Shown here one piece after another: positions 36,945 to 45,425 of a stretch of DNA of 64,000 bases. Under the pieces are notes generated by a model. That model was not told the origin of the DNA. It searched no databases and was given only the letters and a program-made list of their open reading frames with translations. Where the stretch lies: the NCBI GenBank assembly GCA_000806115.1, contig JWKQ01000002.1, positions 174,551 to 238,550 of the forward strand. The letters are read 5' to 3'. Both the position numbers and the translations under genes were made by a program. This stretch comes from an archaeon GW2011_AR5. Its GTDB lineage: Archaea; Aenigmatarchaeota; Aenigmatarchaeia; GW2011-AR5. Numbering within the stretch: the stretch's first letter is position 1; the number at the start of each line of letters is the position of its first letter.

Positions 36945-37990
36945 TTTTTGTTGACCAATTTTATCAGTTCTTCCCTGAATTTTTCCCAGTTCTCAGCTGA
37001 CACCGTTGCGCCCGCCGCAGCCTCATGCCCGCCGCCGGAGCCCCCGACAGAGTTGGCAGCCTTTTGCATGACACGCCCCGCATTGATGTTCTTTGCCTGG
37101 TTCCGCGCCGACGCTTTGATGCGGTTCCCGCTGCGCTCGTATATTACCACAAGGTTTTTCTGGTAGCCTTCGCTTATTTTTGTGGACAGTGACGACCCGA
37201 GATTGAATTTTGACTTTATGTTGTAGAATACAATCCTGCCTATCTTCTCAGAGTGCTCCTCCGCGTCCTGCAGGAGCGAAGCCATTTCCTTCTCTATTGT
37301 ATCGCGGGCTTCAATCATCTTGTCGGCGTTCTTGGTTTCCTCGAAATTCTCAAGGGATGCTTTTTCGAACACGTCAACCATCTGTTCGCAGGACAGGGCA
37401 TTGACAGCCCGCGTCGATGAAATCATGTCGGCTATTCTCCCCAGCTTCGTTCCATAGAGCGGTTCGCTGAGTTTGTACTTTTCCTTCAATGATTTCACGA
37501 GATCCTTCGAATCGTTAAGGTTGTAGTCGGACACCATTCCGACTCCCGCTATCCAGAGGTCTTCTGACATATCAGACAGCTTTGAGCATATTTTGTAAAC
37601 GCAGTAAGAAGTTGACATGTAAACATCGTGCTGCTCCATCCTGGGATTGTAATGTACAATGTTTTTGCTGTTCATATTTTTGAATATCTGGTGGTGGTCC
37701 ACAATCATGATATCGCAGATGCCGCCCAGCTTCTTCAGAACGTTCTGCTGCTGGTCCGCCGCTATGTCAAGAAATATTATCTTGTGGGGAACCGTGGTTT
37801 GTATCCTTTGTATGATGTTCTTGTCCATCGGCATCGGCTGGTTTATTATGTAAGGCTTCTTCCTGCCAGTTTTTGCCAGGAACTTGTTCAGGAGAACGCA
37901 TGAGCAGATGCCGTCTCCGTCGTTGTTGAACACCACGACTATGTCATCCTTCTCAGATATATTATTCAGGAAATCAACGGCTTTTTTCAT
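36941..37990 (-). CDS. DHH/DHHA1 phosphoesterase (RecJ-like)
   Basis: NDGDGIC, IVDHH, SAR, GGGHEAAAG. Confidence 0.88.
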   Translation of the reverse strand: MKKAVDFLNNISEKDDIVVVFNNDGDGICSCVLLNKFLAKTGRKKPYIINQPMPMDKNIIQRIQTTVPHKIIFLDIAADQQQNVLKKLGGICDIMIVDHHQIFKNMNSKNIVHYNPRMEQHDVYMSTSYCVYKICSKLSDMSEDLWIAGVGMVSDYNLNDSKDLVKSLKEKYKLSEPLYGTKLGRIADMISSTRAVNALSCEQMVDVFEKASLENFEETKNADKMIEARDTIEKEMASLLQDAEEHSEKIGRIVFYNIKSKFNLGSSLSTKISEGYQKNLVVIYERSGNRIKASARNQAKNINAGRVMQKAANSVGGSGGGHEAAAGATVSAENWEKFREELIKLVNKN

Positions 37991-38054
37991 GCGAATCAAC
38001 TGGTAGAAAATCATTGGATAAAGCGTATTAAAAATGATGAAAAGAATGTCATGA

Positions 38055-40943
38055 CTATTCGTATATTTTTTGCAGCGTCTCTATTTTGAAAGAGACTTTT
38101 TCGTCCTCCAGCTGCACCTGTCCCGTAGGCTTCTCTATGGGGCCGAATATTATGTTCTTGGCGCCGACCTTGTCTCGTATCTCTCTTTCAAACTCCTGCA
38201 TGGAGTCGTTGTCAAGGTAAAGGACAATCTTGTCTTCGACAATGAGTTTCTGCAGTTTCCTGTGGCTCTGGATTTCCCTAAGAAGTTCGCGCATCAGAGC
38301 CTCCGCCTTGAGCACGTTCTTGCTCACATATACTGTGCCCTTGGAGAAAGCTTTCGAGTAGCCTTCAGATTTTCCATGCGAAATATATTTTGAATTTGTC
38401 ATGTTCTTCAGGACCTTTTCAAACGTTATGAGGCAGCCCTTCACGGTTTCATCGTCGCTTTCGATGTAAACGTTCTCCACGGGCCATCTTATCTTTACGT
38501 TGTTCTCCTTTCTTACTGCGTTGGCAGTCTCGATTATTTCCTGGACTATTTCCATCTCTTTCTCAATCTGCGGGTTTGCGTATTTCTTGTAAGGCTTCGG
38601 CCATTTGCACATGTGGACGCTCTCTTCCTTTCCGAGCTCCCCGATCTGATAAACGTGTTCCGCGAAGAACGGGCATGCGGGCGCAAGAAGTTTCGAGCAC
38701 TCTTTTGCAACCTCGAAGAGCGCGAACATTGCCGATTGCTTGTCGCTTCCGGAGTATGTCGGCCATACGCGATCCCTTACCATCTTGATGTATACCCGCG
38801 AGAAGTCATTCAGCATGAAGTTGGTTATGGCGTTAACCGCCTTGTGTATGTTGTAGGTTCTGTAATGTTTCGTAACTTCCTCTATCAGGTTGTTGAGGCG
38901 CGAGAGTATCCATGCGTCCTCAGGCTCCAGGTCTTTCACTTTTTTCGCTTTCGGGGCGTAGCTCTTGACATAATTGTAGGTGTTCTCGAGAACCATGAAT
39001 GATTTCGCTATGGCGTCTACATCAGTCCACTTGAAATAGAAATCCTCCCACGGAGCCGACGAGAGCAGGTAGAGGCGAAGCACGTCGCGACCGTACTTGT
39101 CTATGACTTCCTCGGGCGATATTATGTTGCCCTTGCTCTTGGACATCTTGCTGCCGTGCGCATCGAGAGTGAATCCGTGAAAAAGTATGTTCTTGAACGG
39201 CGCCTTGTTGAATGTTATGACGCCGGTTATGAGCTGCGAGTTCCACCAGCCCCTTATCTGGTCGGGACCTTCTATGTTCAGGTCAGCTGGCCACATATTC
39301 TCGAAAAGCTCCTTCCTGTTCGGATAGCCGAGCGATGCCCAGCTTGCAAGTCCCGAGTCAAACCATACGTCCAGTACGTCATGAATGCGGCTCATTTCTT
39401 TCCCGCATTTGCAGGGAAGCCTGATATCGTCTATGTAAGGCCTGTGCAAATCCTTCAAAGTGTAAGACGCAGATTGCATGACGCCTTTGGCGTCTTTCTG
39501 TTGTGCGTCAGTCAGTTTCGGAAGCTCGTTTGATGAGCCGATTATTTTTACCTCTCCACAGCTGCATGTCCATATCGGCAGCGGTATTCCCCAGTAGCGC
39601 TGCCTGGATATCGGCCAGTCGCCCAGGCTGTTCAGCCAGTTCTCGAAGCGCTGTCCGGCCCATTCAGGATACCATTTTACTTTTTTGTTCTCCTTGAGCA
39701 GTTCCTTCCTGATTTGCGTAACCTTGAAAAACCATTGTGTGACTGCCATCTCAAGGAGCGGCGAGCTGCACCGCCAGCAGAGCGGGTAGTCGTGAGTCAC
39801 TTTTTCCTCGTGCAGAAGAAGGTTTCGTTCTTTTAGTATGTCAATTATCTTTCTGTCTGCAGTCTTGGCAAAAATCCCCGCAAACTGCCCGCATGTTTCG
39901 TTGAATGTTCCGTCAAGTTTGAGCGGCGAGATTATTGACAGTCCGTTCTCCACGCCCACTTTATAGTCTTCCTGGCCGAAACCCGGTGCAGTGTGAACCA
40001 GCCCCGTGCCCGATTCCAGCTCAACATACTGTTCTGAAAGCACAACGCGGTGTTTTACAGGTTCCTGAAACTTGAATATGTCGATGAGTGGGTGCTCGTA
40101 CTCGAGCCCGTCAAGCTTCTTGCCTTTCATCGTTCCGATTATCTTATAGCTAGTCACGCCGGCACGCTTCATCACGTCGTCCATCAGGACTTTCGCCATT
40201 ATCAGTGTTTCTTTGCCAACTTTCACCTTCACGTAGTCTGCAGAGGGCTTCGCCATTATCCCCGTGTTGGACGGCAGCGTCCACGGCGTGGTTGTCCATA
40301 TTAGCAGAAAGCCATCCTTTGTAGGGAATTTTACATAGACCGACGGGTCTGACACCTTTGTATACTCGATTTCATTGTATGCTACGGCAGTCTCGCAGTG
40401 CGGGCAGACATGCACGGGATAAAGTCCCTGGTAAAGCAGACCTTTCTCGAATGCTATCTTGAACGTGTGCCACGCCCCTTCTATGTATTCGTTGTCGAGG
40501 GTAAGGTACGGGTTCTTCCAGTCCATCCACACGCCCAAGTTCGCGAACTGCTGGTTCATGATGTCTATGTATTTCGTGGCAAATTTCCTGCATTCGTGCA
40601 CGAATTTCTCTATGCCGAGCTTCTCTATGTCGCTCTTCGATTTTATCTGAAAATCTTTCTCAACTTTGTTCTCTATCGGCAGGCCGTGCGTATCGTAGCC
40701 GGGCTGGTCCCACACGTCGAATCCGCTCATCCTCCAGAATCGGATGTATGTGTCCTTGAGAATCTTGTTCCACGCAGTTCCCATGTGTATGGAGCCTGTT
40801 GCATAAGGAGGACCGTCAAGAAAATAGAACTTTTTCCGGGAACTGCCTGACGCTCCGCGCCCTTTTGACGACTCTTTCAGCTTTTCGTATATACTCCTGG
40901 CTTCCCAAAAGCGTTTTATTTCTTCCTCATGCGACTTGTTCAT
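38055..40943 (-). CDS. ileS: Isoleucyl-tRNA synthetase
   Basis: DGPPYATGSIHMG, WTTTPWTLP, ISRQRYWG, DQIRGW, KMSKS. Confidence 0.97.
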   Translation of the reverse strand: MNKSHEEEIKRFWEARSIYEKLKESSKGRGASGSSRKKFYFLDGPPYATGSIHMGTAWNKILKDTYIRFWRMSGFDVWDQPGYDTHGLPIENKVEKDFQIKSKSDIEKLGIEKFVHECRKFATKYIDIMNQQFANLGVWMDWKNPYLTLDNEYIEGAWHTFKIAFEKGLLYQGLYPVHVCPHCETAVAYNEIEYTKVSDPSVYVKFPTKDGFLLIWTTTPWTLPSNTGIMAKPSADYVKVKVGKETLIMAKVLMDDVMKRAGVTSYKIIGTMKGKKLDGLEYEHPLIDIFKFQEPVKHRVVLSEQYVELESGTGLVHTAPGFGQEDYKVGVENGLSIISPLKLDGTFNETCGQFAGIFAKTADRKIIDILKERNLLLHEEKVTHDYPLCWRCSSPLLEMAVTQWFFKVTQIRKELLKENKKVKWYPEWAGQRFENWLNSLGDWPISRQRYWGIPLPIWTCSCGEVKIIGSSNELPKLTDAQQKDAKGVMQSASYTLKDLHRPYIDDIRLPCKCGKEMSRIHDVLDVWFDSGLASWASLGYPNRKELFENMWPADLNIEGPDQIRGWWNSQLITGVITFNKAPFKNILFHGFTLDAHGSKMSKSKGNIISPEEVIDKYGRDVLRLYLLSSAPWEDFYFKWTDVDAIAKSFMVLENTYNYVKSYAPKAKKVKDLEPEDAWILSRLNNLIEEVTKHYRTYNIHKAVNAITNFMLNDFSRVYIKMVRDRVWPTYSGSDKQSAMFALFEVAKECSKLLAPACPFFAEHVYQIGELGKEESVHMCKWPKPYKKYANPQIEKEMEIVQEIIETANAVRKENNVKIRWPVENVYIESDDETVKGCLITFEKVLKNMTNSKYISHGKSEGYSKAFSKGTVYVSKNVLKAEALMRELLREIQSHRKLQKLIVEDKIVLYLDNDSMQEFEREIRDKVGAKNIIFGPIEKPTGQVQLEDEKVSFKIETLQKIYE
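39466..39509 (-). repeat. Family B element in frame in IleRS
   Basis: Reverse complement GACGCA-CAACAGAAA-GACGCC-AAA-GGCGTC-ATGCAATC-TGCGTC, encoding DAQQKDAKGVMQSAS. Confidence 0.82.
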
Positions 40944-40977
40944 GTTTAACACTTTCTAAATAAATGATTAAAAGGGG

Positions 40978-41271
40978 CTAGGATTCAGACCTAGCTAGTT
41001 TTGCTGCGTCTGTCGCATCCACAAGAAAATATTTGCCTTTTTGAGGACCAATTTCGCCGCGACGGACTGGAACAGTCTGATCTTTCCATGTCAGGAGATA
41101 TTCTCCCTTATGAGAATGGACTGGATAGATACCTAATCTTTTCCCGTCTGGATCGTAAACTTTTACATTGCTTTTTCTAGGTCTTTCATTTCTTACAAAA
41201 TCTTGGTCGTTTCCTACCATTTCTCTACACCTCGTTTGACACTCGTACATCCCCGCTGAATTTGGAATCAA
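40978..41271 (-). CDS. Hypothetical protein
   Basis: 97-aa ORF; start uncertain. Confidence 0.5.
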   Translation of the reverse strand: MIPNSAGMYECQTRCREMVGNDQDFVRNERPRKSNVKVYDPDGKRLGIYPVHSHKGEYLLTWKDQTVPVRRGEIGPQKGKYFLVDATDAAKLARSES

Positions 41272-41300
41272 AAAGAAGCAGGGAAAATTATCGGTTTTAT

Positions 41301-41392
41301 TACTGTGAAATCAGAAAAGATTTTTCAATAATTCTGATTTCACATATAGTTCGCAAGGAAATAATAGATTTCTTTATCCTTGCAGAACTATA
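41301..41392 (+). repeat. Family A double-hairpin element
   Basis: GTGAAATCAGAA..TTCTGATTTCAC-ATATAGTTCGCAAGGA..TCCTTGCAGAACTATA. Confidence 0.85.
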
Positions 41393-41494
41393 ACCAATAA
41401 TCAGGCTAAGCAAGTTGTTCAGGATTATGCTTAGCTTCTGCATGGCTTCTCTTTTGGCACCAGAACTTATAAGCTTTTCAGACAGCAGAGAAAT

Positions 41495-41848
41495 ATGGAG
41501 TGCGAGCTATGCGGCAGGCAGAATGCAAATGCAAGGGTAGAGGTGGAAGGCACCTCTCTGACAGTATGCGAAACCTGCTCGCGTCTTGGAAGGCGCCTTG
41601 ACCCGATGGTTGTTGAAATGAAGGGCAAAAAACCGGCAGAAATCGGGACGTCTTCGATTAACCCGAAATTTGCGACTATTGTCATGAATGTGCGCAAGAA
41701 GCTCGGTATGAGCATCGAGGAACTAGGGAAGCGCATCAATGAAAAAGCTTCGGTGCTCGAACGCGTGGAGAAGGGCATGCGGCCAACCGACGCCTTGGCA
41801 AGGAAGCTGGAAAAGGCGCTGAAGATTAAGCTGCTCGATTTCGAGTAG
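41495..41848 (+). CDS. Archaeal multiprotein bridging factor aMBF1 (Zn ribbon + HTH)
   Basis: CELCG..VEG..VCETC..G and HTH EELGKRINEKASVLERVEKG. Confidence 0.88.
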   Translation: MECELCGRQNANARVEVEGTSLTVCETCSRLGRRLDPMVVEMKGKKPAEIGTSSINPKFATIVMNVRKKLGMSIEELGKRINEKASVLERVEKGMRPTDALARKLEKALKIKLLDFE

Positions 41849-41901
41849 CCCACGTTTCTTTATTAAATATGTTTTCTGAATACTGAATATATGTTACAAA
41901 T

Positions 41902-41975
41902 GGCAGCTATGGTGTAGCTTGGTAGCATATGGGCCTGTGGAGCCTCTAGGGCGGGTTCAAATCCCGCTAGCTGCC
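41902..41975 (+). tRNA. tRNA-His(GTG), intronless, genome-encoded G-1
   Basis: G-GCAGCTA/TAGCTGC-C; CT-GTG-GA loop; GCGGG-TTCAAAT-CCCGC. Confidence 0.9.
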
Positions 41976-41979
41976 CTCT

Positions 41980-42486
41980 TTACAGCGTCTTTTCCAGGTA
42001 CCACAGGACCTTCCCGTTCTTGAATTCGTCTTCCCTGTCTTTATTTTCTATATGGACGAACTTGTTCCTGAGGTAGAATTCGATTCCTTTTTTGTTGTGC
42101 CTGTTGCAGAATGTATGGTATTTCCTGCAAGCCTTGTCGCGCAGAAAATTCTCGCAGTGAACTAAAAGCTGCCTGCCAATTCCCTGTCCAATATAATCCA
42201 GATCAAGATACAGCCTCAGAAGTTCCGCCTCACCTTTCTGGTTTTCTTCCGTGACATGGCAGAATCCTATTATCTTCCCGTTCAGTTCGGCTATTGCAAA
42301 GAAGTCGATTCCGCTCTCTGCCCTGTTCAGTGAAAGAGTTAGGCTTTCGTCGGAGTAATATTCATCTACAATACTTTTCAGAGAGTCTTTTGGCAGATAG
42401 TTGTATGCGAAGAGCCAGCCTTTCAGGGCGATTTCATGAACTCTTTTGAAATCCCTTCTTTCCAGTTGCCTTATTGAGAAATTCAT
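41980..42486 (-). CDS. GNAT acetyltransferase
   Basis: LYL..DYIGQGIGRQLL, N..GIEFY. Confidence 0.85.
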   Translation of the reverse strand: MNFSIRQLERRDFKRVHEIALKGWLFAYNYLPKDSLKSIVDEYYSDESLTLSLNRAESGIDFFAIAELNGKIIGFCHVTEENQKGEAELLRLYLDLDYIGQGIGRQLLVHCENFLRDKACRKYHTFCNRHNKKGIEFYLRNKFVHIENKDREDEFKNGKVLWYLEKTL

Positions 42487-42550
42487 TATCTAAGAATGTG
42501 TTTTTCTTTTAAAATTCATTCTGTATGCCGCGTTCCATATAAGGAACACA

Positions 42551-42826
42551 TTATCCTAACCGCTTGATGATATGCCAGCCGAACTCCGTTTTGACTGGTT
42601 GTGACGTCTGCCCCTTCTCGAGAGCGAATGCAGCCGTTTCGAAAGGTTTTACCATCTGTCCGCGGCCGAAAGTTCCGAGGTCGCCGCCCTTCTTGCGCGA
42701 AGGGCACATGGATTTCTGCTGTGCCAAGGCTGAAAAGCTTGCCCCGTCCGCCAGTTCCTCGAATATTTCCTTCGCTTCCTGCTCAGTCTTCACCAAAATG
42801 TGCGCGCAGTGGACCTGATTTGACAT
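42551..42826 (-). CDS. ppiC: Parvulin-type peptidyl-prolyl isomerase
   Basis: HILVK, S.CPS...GGDLG.F.RGQMV..FE, TEFGWHII. Confidence 0.92.
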   Translation of the reverse strand: MSNQVHCAHILVKTEQEAKEIFEELADGASFSALAQQKSMCPSRKKGGDLGTFGRGQMVKPFETAAFALEKGQTSQPVKTEFGWHIIKRLG

Positions 42827-42991
42827 GTGGTAAAATGTCCCACCTAAACTTTAAATAAGTCCGTACTGCAAGAGAGGTTGTGATAGACATGGAGTGTAAA
42901 ACTGGTGGATTAGTTCACATCTGTCAAAAGGAAAAAGGTTGCGCTTAGTGACAGCTCCATATCGGCATCGAAAAGCAAATCTTTTCGCAGC

Positions 42992-43147
42992 GTGTTCTTT
43001 TCTGTTTCTGTAGACGCGAAAGGCAGAATTATTCTTCCTTCTGGAATACGCAAGACGCTGGGTTTCAACACAGGAGATAAGCTTGAGCTGGCCCTGTCTG
43101 TTTCTGAAGGTAAAATCATAATCAGGAGGGATAAGTATGGAATTTAG
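42992..43147 (+). CDS. AbrB/MraZ/SpoVT-family DNA-binding protein
   Basis: Manual translation VFFSVSVDAKGRIILPSGIRKTLGFNTGDKLEL..GKIII; GTG start uncertain. Confidence 0.7.
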   Translation: MFFSVSVDAKGRIILPSGIRKTLGFNTGDKLELALSVSEGKIIIRRDKYGI

Positions 43148-43304
43148 CGAATATCTAGAAAAGCTCGACGTTTTGGAGAAATTAAAAAATGCATCAATTC
43201 GCCTGCCCGAGGAGTATAGAACATGTGCGATGGAAATCCTAGACAGATTGGAGAATATCTATGACATGGCTCTTATCGAGTCCGGCAGGTATCCAACTTT
43301 TTGA
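43137..43304 (+). CDS. Small hypothetical protein (55 aa)
   Basis: MEFSEYLEKLDVLEKL..; GGAGG SD; overlaps the end of the AbrB gene. Confidence 0.5.
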   Translation: MEFSEYLEKLDVLEKLKNASIRLPEEYRTCAMEILDRLENIYDMALIESGRYPTF

Positions 43305-43313
43305 GATGGTTAT

Positions 43314-43487
43314 ATGAAATGGTTCTATGAGATGACAACTGACGAGAGAAAGAACGCGAGGCCACAGGATATAATTATAGGATTTGACAGACTTGACAAA
43401 GTTCCCATAACTCTTGACAAGTTGTACATAGTTTGGGCTGAAGAAATTTCCACCGATTTAAATCGGAAGGAACAAAGATATAAGTGA
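43314..43487 (+). CDS. Small hypothetical protein (57 aa)
   Basis: MKWFYEMTTDERKN..; fills the gap before hisS. Confidence 0.4.
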   Translation: MKWFYEMTTDERKNARPQDIIIGFDRLDKVPITLDKLYIVWAEEISTDLNRKEQRYK

Positions 43488-43492
43488 TTCAT

Positions 43493-44752
43493 ATGACGCA
43501 ATTTCAGCCGCCCAGGGGCACGCGAGATTTCCTGCCGGAAGACATGATAAAGCGACAGTTCATACTTGACAAGGCGCGGGAAACTTTTGAGCAGTGGGGC
43601 TTCGACCCGCTTGACACGCCGGCGTTCGAGGATTTTGCGCTGCTTACGGCAAAGAGCGGGGAAGCCGTCAAGGACGAGATATACTACTTCAAGGACAAAT
43701 CAGACCGGGAGCTGGGCTTGCGTTTTGACTTCACTGTTCCCATGTGCCGCGTCGTCGCGAACAATCCAAATCTTCCGAAGCCTTTCCGGCGCTACCAGCT
43801 CGGGACTGTGTGGCGCTACGACCGTCCCGGAGCGGGAAGATATCGCGAGTTTTGCCAGGCGGATATCGATATAGTCGGCGCGCCCGGGCCTGAAGCTGAC
43901 ACGGAAGTGGTTGCCTGCGCATGCGAGGTGCTGCGGAAAATCGGGCTCTCGAACTTCTACGTCCGCATCAATAACAGGAAGATAATAAGCTCGTTTCTGG
44001 AAGGGTTGGGTGTTGACGCCGTCAGCGTGATGAGGACGGTTGACAAGCTGAACAAAATCGGCGAAGATGAAGTTGAGAAGGAGCTTGAAGGAAAAGGCAT
44101 CAAAAAAGACGACATAAAATCCATAATGAAATTCGCGAAAATAAGGGAAATAGACAGGGCGGTTCCGTTGATAAAGGACGACAGGGGCAGGGAAGGGATA
44201 GACGAATTGTACGTCCTTCTAAAGGGGCTTGAAAAATTCAGTTGTGCTGTAGAGGTTGACATGAGCATGGTGCGCGGACTCGAATATTACACAGGAAACA
44301 TATTCGAGATAATGCAGAGAGGCAGCGAGTTAACCGTCACGGCCGGCGGGCGGTACGACAGGATGATCGAGGCGTTCGGCGGGAAGCCGACGCCTGCCAC
44401 GGGCATCTCGCTCGGCGTTGACCGCCTTGTGAATTTCATCCAGGTCGAGCTCGGAAAAACGGGTGTGGAGGTTTACCTGGCCAATGTCGACGAAAAGAGC
44501 AGGGAAAAATGCATGGAACTCGCAAAGCAGCTGAGAGAAATTGGAGTAAATGTTGAATACGACGTTATGCAGCGTCCCCTTGTCAAGCAGCTTGATTACG
44601 TGAACAGCAGGGGCATAAAATATGCTATTGTTGTCGGCGAGAAGGAAACAAAGAGCGGCGTGGTCAAGCTGCGCAACATGCAAAGCGGGAGCGAGAAGGA
44701 AATCGAGGTAAGGAATCTGAAACGGGTAAAGGACGTCGTTGATTCCGAATAA
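43493..44752 (+). CDS. hisS: Histidyl-tRNA synthetase
   Basis: PRGTRDF, LRFDFTVP, GRYREFCQAD, VRGLEYYTG, GGRYD. Confidence 0.96.
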   Translation: MTQFQPPRGTRDFLPEDMIKRQFILDKARETFEQWGFDPLDTPAFEDFALLTAKSGEAVKDEIYYFKDKSDRELGLRFDFTVPMCRVVANNPNLPKPFRRYQLGTVWRYDRPGAGRYREFCQADIDIVGAPGPEADTEVVACACEVLRKIGLSNFYVRINNRKIISSFLEGLGVDAVSVMRTVDKLNKIGEDEVEKELEGKGIKKDDIKSIMKFAKIREIDRAVPLIKDDRGREGIDELYVLLKGLEKFSCAVEVDMSMVRGLEYYTGNIFEIMQRGSELTVTAGGRYDRMIEAFGGKPTPATGISLGVDRLVNFIQVELGKTGVEVYLANVDEKSREKCMELAKQLREIGVNVEYDVMQRPLVKQLDYVNSRGIKYAIVVGEKETKSGVVKLRNMQSGSEKEIEVRNLKRVKDVVDSE

Positions 44753-44864
44753 CTGGATTTTAGTGACTCGCATTAAAAGCATTTCTACTTTTCAAAAAAT
44801 ACGTTACGAGTCAGAAAAAGCCTTTATAGACGGCGGCAATTTCTCTTCGTGAGGTGTGGCAAAT

Positions 44865-44972
44865 ATGAAATGCATGGAATGCGGCTCGGACAGGATTGCG
44901 TACGATCCGACCCACGACAGCAAGTATTGCAGAGAATGCGGTATTGTAATAGAGGAGTTCGCTTTCGCTTGA
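44865..44972 (+). CDS. Stand-alone TFIIB-type zinc ribbon (35 aa)
   Basis: MKCMECGSDRIAYDPTHDSKYCRECGIVIEEFAFA; GAGGTG SD, TTTATA box upstream. Confidence 0.7.
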   Translation: MKCMECGSDRIAYDPTHDSKYCRECGIVIEEFAFA

Positions 44973-45080
44973 GCAAAAATAAAAACTAAGCGTTGCGCGC
45001 CGGTTTTGTTTACATGTTCTTATCCAAGAATGCATTGAAAACTGCCGCATTCATGCGACAGATGAAACTCAATGCATTCT

Positions 45081-45135
45081 GGATGCTATGCTCCAATGAA
45101 ACCCGCACCTTTAGGTGCGGGTTATTAGGAGCATT
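45081..45135. repeat. Family C element with IS200/IS605-like end palindrome
   Basis: ATGCTCC-AAT-GAAA-CCCGCACC-TTTA-GGTGCGGG-GTT-ATTAGGAGCAT. Confidence 0.6.
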
Positions 45136-45425
45136 TCATGCGCTTTTGACGCCTTTTTAAGGATTACAGTTTCAGATATGATTACTCTTACTTCTTCAGG
45201 AAGCCTTTCTTAGGAAGAAAGCTTAACAAAAGGATAGAGGACTTTGAATATATGTCTTTTGTACAAAGTCCTTATTGTGAACTTTGACAAGCAAAGTTCT
45301 CAATATAATGTTCTTTTTGGCTAGATTTTTTCCAAGAAAAAGTTCAAATGAATGATGTTAGAAAATCAGGACAGCTGTAACGATTTTGTTACAAAAACGG
45401 TTGTCCGGTAAAAAGGTGAATACAA

